A stretch of 64,000 bases of DNA. Origin: Candidatus Altimarinota bacterium. Lineage in GTDB: Bacteria; Patescibacteriota; Gracilibacteria; UBA1369; GCA-2718715. A program made the position numbers and the translations under genes. Positions 20,226 through 28,140 of the stretch are shown one piece after another (the stretch's first letter is position 1; each line of letters starts with the position of its first letter). The notes below the pieces were generated by a model, which was given only the letters and a program-made list of their open reading frames with translations, made no database searches and was not told the origin of the DNA. The stretch is from contig JBESAV010000001.1 in NCBI GenBank assembly GCA_041242255.1, forward strand, positions 64,001 to 128,000. The letters are read 5' to 3'.

Positions 20226-20705
20226 TTAGACTTTCATCCCAAGGAATCCCTTCAAAACACCCCAATAACCTAATGGATTACTTATTCTAATTTGTAGTGA
20301 ATCATCTCCATATGAGGCTGGAACCCATTCACATAACCACATTTTTTTGTAATTGTATCCTTTGTATCTATAAGTAGCTGCAAAACAGAATTTATATTTT
20401 TGTTTGGCTTTAGGTATCTCGACCCATATAGAATCATCACCAATATCTAGATCTGAAATTTTCGCCCTAAAAATTGAAACTGGTACTATATTCCTTATCT
20501 TTTCCTCTGAGCTTATTCGAATTTCTACCAAAACTTTTTCCGAGGTTTCCCCATATCTTTGATTTGATCTAAATTGATATTCAATATAAAGATCAAGGAA
20601 GGGTTCAAAAATTTGCTTGTTATTGTAATAGTTTAAACAATATCCAAGGATTACACCAATGATGGTAAAACCACCTCCAATTAGTGGTGAGAGTAAATCT
20701 GACAT
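20226..20705 (-). CDS. Hypothetical protein with N-terminal membrane anchor
   Basis: 159 aa; hydrophobic N-terminus. Confidence 0.65.
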   Translation of the reverse strand: MSDLLSPLIGGGFTIIGVILGYCLNYYNNKQIFEPFLDLYIEYQFRSNQRYGETSEKVLVEIRISSEEKIRNIVPVSIFRAKISDLDIGDDSIWVEIPKAKQKYKFCFAATYRYKGYNYKKMWLCEWVPASYGDDSLQIRISNPLGYWGVLKGFLGMKV

Positions 20706-20858
20706 GAAAATTAAATTAAATACTAGAATCTATCTTATCACCAAAAGTTAACACTCCTAATATTTCACCATCACTTTCCTTTCAGCAAAACATATCCATC
20801 TATACAGACCTCAAGAGCTCACACCTAATTTTCAAAGAACAAAAGTATCAAATTCAAT

Positions 20859-21866
20859 TTATACCTCTAAAGCAGCTACAAGAATATCTGTAGTATTTTT
20901 GGTCATAGAAGGCAGGCTCTGTATGTAAGTGTAAGTTGTAGACAGTTTTCTATGCCCTAAATGCTTCCTAATATCATCAGTGTCAGCACCCATATGAGCT
21001 AAATAAGTAGCTACATACCTCCTAATAGAGTAAACAGTGATATGAAAACCTAATGTTTTTGAAAGTCTCTGAAAATATTTTTGCATCCCTGACTTAGTCC
21101 ATCTCTTCCCCTTTTTTAATGATTCAAATAAATGATTACCTCGTCTTCCCAGTTTTTTTCTCTCAGCCAGATAATTATTAAGAATTGGCTCAATATACTC
21201 AGGAAGATAGAAAGATTGAACCCTACCTTTTTGCTTAGCTGTTTTATATTTCAGAACTAATCCTTCTTTTTCTTTTGTAATAGAACCTAGATTTAAAGAG
21301 GCTGCTTCACTTGTCCTCATACCCGTGATACACAAAATGTTCACAAATAATTCATTACGTGTCTTCTCCAACCTTGTCCTTTCTTCACTTTCTCTAACAA
21401 AGATTTTCAACTTGTTTACCTGATCATTAGTTAGGCAATCTTTTTCGGTAATTTCTTCTTTGATTTTCCCTACCTTCTTAAACTTATTTTCATCAATAAA
21501 CTCCAATTGCTTTAACCATTTAAAGTAAGTATTTAAATCTTTTCTATATGAATTATAGGTAGTACCAGACCAACCTCTCTTCTCATTAAAATGTCCTAAG
21601 AACCATTTAATGGTATGAATATCATTTACTTCCTCGATGGAAGTAATACCGACTTGGAACAACACAAACCTAAGCTTATCTTTAACGTTTTTTACAGTAG
21701 CCTTACTTCTACCACCTACTATTAGATAATCGTAAATAAAATAGTTCCAATACTCCCAAATAGGAGTTAAACCATCTTTGACAATAAGAGACCTTTTCTC
21801 AATATCACTGAGAAGTTCTTGTAGACTTTCTGGGGCTCGACTTACGTCATAATTTGTATAGCTCAA
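20859..21866 (-). CDS. Tyrosine recombinase (integrase 2)
   Basis: TGMRTSE, KQKG, YSIRR (H-to-Y variant of HxxR), LGHR and TYTY; TTG start. Confidence 0.92.
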   Translation of the reverse strand: MSYTNYDVSRAPESLQELLSDIEKRSLIVKDGLTPIWEYWNYFIYDYLIVGGRSKATVKNVKDKLRFVLFQVGITSIEEVNDIHTIKWFLGHFNEKRGWSGTTYNSYRKDLNTYFKWLKQLEFIDENKFKKVGKIKEEITEKDCLTNDQVNKLKIFVRESEERTRLEKTRNELFVNILCITGMRTSEAASLNLGSITKEKEGLVLKYKTAKQKGRVQSFYLPEYIEPILNNYLAERKKLGRRGNHLFESLKKGKRWTKSGMQKYFQRLSKTLGFHITVYSIRRYVATYLAHMGADTDDIRKHLGHRKLSTTYTYIQSLPSMTKNTTDILVAALEV

Positions 21867-21943
21867 AAACGATTATTTAAAGATAATTTACTTTTGCAAT
21901 CCTTAGCCTAACACGAAAGAAACGGCTTTACAAAGGGCAAAAA

Positions 21944-22510
21944 CTTACCTTGTTTAACAAGGTAAGCCTACACTATTTGACTTGGTTAAGGTCATCGAGA
22001 CTTGCTTGTATTCGTTTTGTGTTCAATAAAAAAATCCACAAAAACCGCTAAAGTTAAACAAAACAAAATTTTGCACTAAATCCAAAACTACAAATTCTGG
22101 GCGGAGAGCATATTTAGGATACATACTTTGAGATATAGATTTACTCTAAACACCTGGTCTAACAAGGTAAAAGCTTAATAAATCATACAAATTTAAAAGT
22201 ACAATCTCCGTCATTTCACGAAAAGCAAGAAAACTGAGAAAGCTCTTTAAACAAAGACAAACCTTACTTTTTAAAATTTCTAAAAGTGTGTTTTTCGGAC
22301 GGACTGCTCATTCTAACAAAAAATATTAAAGTATGATCTACATTTCAAAAGACCTTATCCAACAAGGTAATATATTACAAAAATTAAAAACTCTAAAAAC
22401 ACAATCTCCGCTTTTTTGCCAAAATTGGTAAAATCAAGAAACCTCTTATCATAGATCAAAATACCACTTTTCCAAAATCCAAAAAGTGCTTATTTAGTGC
22501 GGAGAGGTGC
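21944..22510 (+). repeat. Three ~200-bp degenerate tandem repeats with conserved predicted fold
   Basis: ACCT-N5-AACAAGGTAA at 21947, 22152 and 22352; ACAATCTCCG at 22201 and 22401; units 2 and 3 align without gaps at offset 200 (about 104/170 identities by hand count). Confidence 0.85.
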
Positions 22511-22566
22511 GAAGTTTCAACATCAAGTAGATTGTAATATTTGTTAATTTGCGATAATCTTTAAAC

Positions 22567-22685
22567 GAGCTCCAGTTAGTTTTCTTAACGCAAGGAACGT
22601 TCCATCGTTAACCAATTTGGTTAAAGGTGGGTACGTAGCCATATTGGTTTTCCTTGCGAATTCTAATTGGGGCTCCTACGTGCCC
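22567..22685 (+). ncRNA. Unidentified structured RNA / 5' leader
   Basis: Nested stems 22567-79/22663-75, 22589-97/22650-58 and 22608-14/22618-24, plus a crossing pair 22629-38/22676-85. Confidence 0.65.
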
Positions 22686-22703
22686 TCTTTTAATTTTATA
22701 AGC

Positions 22704-23702
22704 ATGAATAAAACACAAACAAAACCTTTCTATAAAAAAGACTGGTTTAAAATATTAATGATAATACTACTTGTAATAGTATTTCCTATATCCCTAATTC
22801 TAGTCATACCAGGACTATTATTCTATTTCATATGGAATCATAAAAAATATCCAAGACTCAGCAAAGTAAGTATTGGACTATCTACTTTAATGTTTATCTT
22901 AACAGTCATCGGATCAATCATGGTCAAACAAGAAGAAAACGAAATACTTGCATTAATCAATCAAGGTCAATTTGAGGAAGCTCAACAATACATAAATGAG
23001 AGCGATCAATCACACATGAAGCTAATGAAAGAATTAGATAAACTTAATGAAGAATTTATAGATGATAAGATAGACGAGTTAGCTACGTTAAAAATAACTG
23101 ATGTAGAAAAAGCAACCACTCTGAAAACATACTCGGATATACCTGTTTTAAATCAAGAAATTGTTGATAGAATCATAAGCAAGTCTGATCAAGTTGAGAT
23201 TAGAATTGCAGAAATTGAAAAGGAGAAGTTGGCAAATGAGCAACAAGAACTTGAAGACACAATTGCAAGAATACAAAGCAAAATTAGACAAATTAACAAT
23301 GGAAGAATACCGATACTAGATATACCCAACACCATTCAAGAATTTCCAGATACACCTGAATTATCTACATATAGAAATCAACTAATTCAAGCAGCACGAA
23401 ACCATCAAATCAAAACCTTACCTACTTTACGTAAAGACTATGCTGAAAGGATAGGTAAAGAGTTATGGGAAAACGATTATGAAATATACACCAAAGGAAA
23501 CGGCCATTCTACAATTGTTTTTGTACACTGGAGCTTTGCAAGCAACTCTAACATCAAAACAACTCATGAGCTATTTAGAGACAAGATTAGTGAGTTAAGA
23601 TTTGATAGAGCTGAATACAAATGGTCAGAATATGGGGAGTACACTTTCTATAACATGGAGTCAAAAGCAGACAGCTATATTGAAGGTATAGATAGTAATT
23701 AG
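22704..23702 (+). CDS. Hypothetical membrane protein (N-terminal TMs, coiled region)
   Basis: Likely ATG at 22704 (MNKTQTKPFYKKDWF...); the ORF-track TTG at 22617 lies inside the structured RNA. Confidence 0.75.
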   Translation: MNKTQTKPFYKKDWFKILMIILLVIVFPISLILVIPGLLFYFIWNHKKYPRLSKVSIGLSTLMFILTVIGSIMVKQEENEILALINQGQFEEAQQYINESDQSHMKLMKELDKLNEEFIDDKIDELATLKITDVEKATTLKTYSDIPVLNQEIVDRIISKSDQVEIRIAEIEKEKLANEQQELEDTIARIQSKIRQINNGRIPILDIPNTIQEFPDTPELSTYRNQLIQAARNHQIKTLPTLRKDYAERIGKELWENDYEIYTKGNGHSTIVFVHWSFASNSNIKTTHELFRDKISELRFDRAEYKWSEYGEYTFYNMESKADSYIEGIDSN

Positions 23703-23724
23703 AAAGTCACACACTCACATAAGA

Positions 23725-24153
23725 CTAAACGTCGCATCTCTTACAAATAGGGCTAGAGTTTCTTCTTACTAAGTCTTTAATATGAACTTCTTTTGTTCTT
23801 GATGTTATAACACTACCTCTGATCTTACTTTTATAATCTTTAGTTAAAAGCTTATCATCAGTCAAAAGAAGCATAGCTTTAGACTTTAAAGCAAGTAAAA
23901 TTATATGATAGTCGTTTGATTTTAAATCATCACATTCAGGCGGACTACTTGACTCATCAATATCATACCCAATTGCTCTTTGATTAATTCTTAAATTTTT
24001 AATAAACCGCATTCTCTTTTCGCCATATTCTTTCTTAAAAATAGAACTCTTTCCATAAACCAAAAGTATTTTTCCTACTTCATTTTGTTGTTCAACATAA
24101 TTACCATCAAGGAAGAAATTATCAAACATATTATTATCAAGGATAAAACACAT
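23725..24153 (-). CDS. PIN-domain (VapC-like) putative ribonuclease
   Basis: N-terminal ILDNN; C-terminal NDYHIILLA...LLLTDDKLL acidic pattern. Confidence 0.65.
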   Translation of the reverse strand: MCFILDNNMFDNFFLDGNYVEQQNEVGKILLVYGKSSIFKKEYGEKRMRFIKNLRINQRAIGYDIDESSSPPECDDLKSNDYHIILLALKSKAMLLLTDDKLLTKDYKSKIRGSVITSRTKEVHIKDLVRRNSSPICKRCDV

Positions 24154-24158
24154 ATTAG

Positions 24159-25391
24159 TTAAAGATTGTTAAATGCCTCATCCAAAAAGAATTCCCGGTA
24201 GGAATCTGGTGCATCAATATAATTACCATTCTTATCAATCTTGATATTATAGACTTGTGCGCCATTTTTATGATTTTCTATATAGACAATATTTATCATA
24301 GAAATCTTTTCAGGATTATCTGTCAAAAACTTCTTCACAGCCCGATCAATAATAAAATCGCTATGTGTTTCAATTACTATTTTTTTGTCTTCATTTAAGA
24401 CCATATCTGCAAAAAAATCACCCATGTGCGCCTGTGCCTTTGGATGTAAATGAACTTCCGGCTGCTGTACTAAATAGAGATCATTTTTTTTTGACATTAA
24501 TGCTCCTATAATAACTGGTAAAGATTGACTTACTCCATATCCGACATCGGCCAAATTACTGTTCACACCTGAGTGCATATCCAATCTTAATTCAAAAGGA
24601 CTCACATTAATTTTTTTGTACCACGAAACTTTTATATCTTTAAACAAACCACTTTTTTTACCATACTCATAAATTTTTTCAGAAATAGACCTATCCTTTA
24701 AAATTTTAGTTAACAGATATGGTGATTCATCATTTTTGTCTGAATTTCTCTTATACATTTCATAAATTCTCTCAGGCTCAGTTCTAATTGGTGAAACTAC
24801 GTGAACTTTACCGGGTAAAGCAAATATCAATTCTTGTATTTTTTTAACAATTGTCATTACTATTTTCTCATCAACATCACTCAACTCATTTTCACTCAAA
24901 ATCATACCAATGAAATAAGTAATGAACCTTAATTCAGTCATATGCTGATAATTCAAGGTATTTTCACTCTCATTTATATCTAGTTCAATATCTTCATGGT
25001 CAGGTATTTGAAACTTAATAAATACTTTGTTTTTTTCCTTTCTAATACTATAAAAATATCCATCACTCCAATCCAAAGAAAGCATATAAGGATGTGCTTT
25101 GCCTTCTTTTGATCTATAACTCAAGCTAATGTAAACACCACCAGCAATCATATTAAATTCAAAAGTTTCAGAATTAGAATTTTTATTTTTCAATTCATCA
25201 AAAGGACCCATTTTGCTCAACATTTCTTCAGATCCGAAGCCAGTTAAATTTGCTGCCATTAAGTTTATTCCAGACAAAATACTAGTTTTACCCGAACTAT
25301 TTTCTCCTACTAAAAAAGTTAATGGTGTGATTTTAATTGATTGTTTCTTTCCAAAGCTTTTAAAATCACTTAACATCATTTGCTTAATCAT
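24159..25391 (-). CDS. ABC-type (AAA_15/AAA_21, DUF3696-like) ATPase
   Basis: Walker A GENSSGKTS, signature ADVGYGVSQ, Walker B/D-loop QQPEVHLHP, H-loop IETHS. Confidence 0.88.
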   Translation of the reverse strand: MIKQMMLSDFKSFGKKQSIKITPLTFLVGENSSGKTSILSGINLMAANLTGFGSEEMLSKMGPFDELKNKNSNSETFEFNMIAGGVYISLSYRSKEGKAHPYMLSLDWSDGYFYSIRKEKNKVFIKFQIPDHEDIELDINESENTLNYQHMTELRFITYFIGMILSENELSDVDEKIVMTIVKKIQELIFALPGKVHVVSPIRTEPERIYEMYKRNSDKNDESPYLLTKILKDRSISEKIYEYGKKSGLFKDIKVSWYKKINVSPFELRLDMHSGVNSNLADVGYGVSQSLPVIIGALMSKKNDLYLVQQPEVHLHPKAQAHMGDFFADMVLNEDKKIVIETHSDFIIDRAVKKFLTDNPEKISMINIVYIENHKNGAQVYNIKIDKNGNYIDAPDSYREFFLDEAFNNL

Positions 25392-25579
25392 TCACGATTG
25401 TAATTAAGAACTTAAACCTATTATACATTAATTATTACATTCTTAAACTTAACATATATTAAACAATCCTATTATTTTCAATCAAATCTTTCAAAGCATC
25501 ACTATATAGAAGGTGATTTCAACCTGTTATGCCTAATAAAGGTAAACATTCTTTTAAATTAACTGATAAAAACAGAATT

Positions 25580-26245
25580 TTAAGTAAGCAAATACTTATT
25601 ATGGACTCCTACAGGTAAAGAACCCCTTTTAGATGGATCCAACTCTAAAATGACTAGATCATTATAAAAAAACTCTAATTCATTTGCTGGGAATTGAATC
25701 AATGACCTCAAATCAGAAGCACAGCTAGAACAAAAATAATAGTCTTGAACATTTTTTAATGAAGAAAACAGACCTGGCTTCTTGTTACACTTATTACACA
25801 CATGACTTCCCTTCTTTACATCAAACATATAGTTATCAATATCCTTAAATCTTTTTTCAAACATATCGTGTAAACTTTCTCTTTCCTCCAACAATCCTCC
25901 TGGTAAAATTGTCGACAAAATTGAATCAAATTCCTCTTTATCAATATCACCCTTAACATACCTCTTACCTAAATCTTCACCTGCCTTTTTTCCAAATATA
26001 ATTAGAGTCACATCTATATCATTCATTCTCTCCAGTAGTGTCTCATATTCAATTTGAGTAATTTTTCCTTTAGCCAACAATCCTTTCAGAGCATCTTCTA
26101 TCTTTGAAATTTTCTTATACACTAAATCAATTTGTTTCTGTAACTTACTCTGATATCGAGCCTTCTTATTTCTAGAAACTTCAGCTTGCCGATTCATTTT
26201 TGTAATACCTGCGTTGATTGATCTAAGTTTCGATTTATACCCCAC
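25580..26245 (-). CDS. Hypothetical protein with two SHOCT-like motifs and a Zn-ribbon
   Basis: LLAKGKITQIEYE and YVKGDIDKEEFD; CNKC...CSSC; GTG start. Confidence 0.65.
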   Translation of the reverse strand: MGYKSKLRSINAGITKMNRQAEVSRNKKARYQSKLQKQIDLVYKKISKIEDALKGLLAKGKITQIEYETLLERMNDIDVTLIIFGKKAGEDLGKRYVKGDIDKEEFDSILSTILPGGLLEERESLHDMFEKRFKDIDNYMFDVKKGSHVCNKCNKKPGLFSSLKNVQDYYFCSSCASDLRSLIQFPANELEFFYNDLVILELDPSKRGSLPVGVHNKYLLT

Positions 26246-26371
26246 GATACAACTTTTACATTTTTTATACTATATCATCATTAAATCACTTTGTAATTGA
26301 GAATCAGGCCATCTTGAAAATAAACATGAGAAAAAGGAAACAACACAAAACTAACACCTTATATTAATCCA

Positions 26372-26380
26372 TGCTATACT
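26372..26380 (+). promoter_or_regulatory. Extended -10 promoter near the element right end, facing attR
   Basis: TGCTATACT (TGnTATACT). Confidence 0.45.
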
Positions 26381-26495
26381 CTCATCACATTCACCAAGGA
26401 TACTCCCCTCGAAATGGGACACCGGCTTTTGAATCCAATCCTTGGATAATAGCTACAGATAGGCAAAATATTGTGCTACTACCTACCTTACATAT

Positions 26496-26540
26496 ATGGT
26501 AAGGGTGAGGTCACGGGTTCAACTCCCGTCGGTGGCTCCA
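26496..26540 (+). tRNA. 3' half of the disrupted host tRNA-Thr(GGT) (attR)
   Basis: ATGGTAA-GGGTG-AGGTC-ACGGG-TTCAACT-CCCGT-CGGTGGC-TCCA; GGGTG and CGGTGGC complement CACCC and GCCGCCG at 19018-19048. Confidence 0.93.
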
Positions 26541-26554
26541 TTTTAATCATATGA

Positions 26555-27121
26555 TCAGTTCTTTGAACCAAAATTCAGCATCTCCAAATAATCAATTCTA
26601 TCCAGAGTATTAGGATTCTCACTTTTCATATCCAACTTTTTCCAAAATCCCAAGAAAAAACCATGACTCACTCCAAATACTTTTTTCCCTTTATATCGAT
26701 CATTAAAAGTTTTAATTCTTTTCTTTATATCTTCATTTTGTTCACTCCCAGAATCTTCAATATTTAAGCTTCTAACAAAATTTTCCCTTATTGCTCTCAA
26801 CGGATTTTCACCATTTTCCACCAATCTCTTAGGACTAAAGCCAATTTCGTTGATCAAAGGTTCCACCACTACATCTTTATCTAAATCAAGTAATCCTAAG
26901 ATCAAATCTAAAGTCTCTCTAGACCTATTTGACTCTGAACAAAGTAGAATATCAGCATTTAAAACATCAGACGGATCAAAACCTTTTATGCCTTCAAGAT
27001 CAAAAACCTGTACAGATGGATCAACTAAACCACTTGCCAACTTCTCTAATTCATCCAAAGTTAACTTAGAGTAATCATCATAGGGTGGCTTCAACCTATT
27101 ATGTCTTATAAAAGTAAACAA
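26555..27121 (-). CDS. Histidine phosphatase (phosphoglycerate mutase-like) family protein
   Basis: FIRH, SxxxRSRET, LINE and VSHG. Confidence 0.7.
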   Translation of the reverse strand: MFTFIRHNRLKPPYDDYSKLTLDELEKLASGLVDPSVQVFDLEGIKGFDPSDVLNADILLCSESNRSRETLDLILGLLDLDKDVVVEPLINEIGFSPKRLVENGENPLRAIRENFVRSLNIEDSGSEQNEDIKKRIKTFNDRYKGKKVFGVSHGFFLGFWKKLDMKSENPNTLDRIDYLEMLNFGSKN

Positions 27122-27179
27122 AAATCCATATTACTTAGTTTAATAATATCAAATTTCACTCATAATTTAAGTAAACAAA

Positions 27180-28112
27180 TTATCTCTTAAATGAACTTAA
27201 AATAAATTCCGCATAGCATTGAGCATATTTCTTAACTTTCTCTTCATCTAAAGGATAATAGTCGGCTGCATTAAAACTAGCTGCTTTCTGATCCGTAGCT
27301 AAATAATCACGTCTAATTTCCAAAGCTATTGATTTTTTAACACTCGATAAAAGAAAAGTCGCAGTATGTTTATAATTTACAAAATAAGACCTATTCAAAC
27401 CTAACGGTATACCAAACTTCAAGTAACTTTGTCTCAGTCTCTTTTCAAGAAATCCTGACCTCAAAACTGTTCCATCTTTCATTTCCCCTAAAAGAATATT
27501 TTCACGCAAGTTATTACTTTTATTTGTTTGTGCGTCGATGTATTTCTGAAGATTCTCGAAATCTTTTACTCCTCGATCAGGATTATCTTCTTTAGGTTTA
27601 TTAGGTGAACCTTTATGCATACTATGGGGTATAAATAAAACACCATTATCCTTGAGCATATTCGGAATCTGCAAAACACTATTGGTTAACTCTAAATGTC
27701 TGCCAACCAACTTACTTAAAATAATTGGTTCTTCAGAATAATTTAAAATACTAGCTATCCCCTCTCCCACTGAAGGTTTTATTCTATTACAATCAATAAT
27801 ACCTCTGTGTTGTTGCACTCGGATCAAAGCACCTTTACCCTCAAAGTCACCCAATATATTGACTAACTCATCAGTAACTTCTTGAATACCAACGTCATTT
27901 TTCATCTTTAGATATTCATAAAAAGTTAATTCGTCGTTATATTTCTTAACAACTTCCAAAAATTCTTCTGTCAAAAGCTCATCACCCATAAAATTGTCAT
28001 CATGATAACCATGTTGATCCAAAATTATTAAATCATATTTAGAGTTATTACCTACTTTTTTTCCAAATTCCCACTTAAACATATAACTAGTTATATGTTT
28101 CATTTTAAACAT
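27180..28112 (-). CDS. N-formylglutamate amidohydrolase-like protein
   Basis: QHG, IDCNR, PHSM and LEIRRD resemble FGase motifs. Confidence 0.5.
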   Translation of the reverse strand: MFKMKHITSYMFKWEFGKKVGNNSKYDLIILDQHGYHDDNFMGDELLTEEFLEVVKKYNDELTFYEYLKMKNDVGIQEVTDELVNILGDFEGKGALIRVQQHRGIIDCNRIKPSVGEGIASILNYSEEPIILSKLVGRHLELTNSVLQIPNMLKDNGVLFIPHSMHKGSPNKPKEDNPDRGVKDFENLQKYIDAQTNKSNNLRENILLGEMKDGTVLRSGFLEKRLRQSYLKFGIPLGLNRSYFVNYKHTATFLLSSVKKSIALEIRRDYLATDQKAASFNAADYYPLDEEKVKKYAQCYAEFILSSFKR

Positions 28113-28140
28113 AAACTTTAAAAAGTCATTTTGAATCTAC

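Larger units (their letters stand above)
19049..26504. mobile_element. ~7.4-kb tyrosine-recombinase integrative element in the tRNA-Thr(GGT) anticodon loop
   Basis: ATGGTAAGG direct repeats at 19049-19057 and 26496-26504; in silico removal restores a 76-nt tRNA; two recombinases inside; cargo visibly more AT-rich. Confidence 0.92.

Noticed and set aside
22333-22431. 32-aa ORF (MIYISKDLIQQGN...) as the meaning of the repeats
   Set aside because: No equivalent ATG-started ORF is evident in the other units, and substitutions preserve base pairing rather than codons.
21944-22510. CRISPR array
   Set aside because: The period is ~200 bp, similarity extends across the whole unit, and no cas genes are present.
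22617-22703. N-terminal extension of the membrane protein from TTG 22617
   Set aside because: It lies within the structured RNA; ATG 22704 gives a typical basic-then-TM N-terminus.
19049-26504. Group I intron in the tRNA-Thr anticodon loop
   Set aside because: No register of the 9-bp repeat gives both an exon ending in U and an intron ending in G. I saw no catalytic core, and the direct repeat plus integrases indicate DNA integration.
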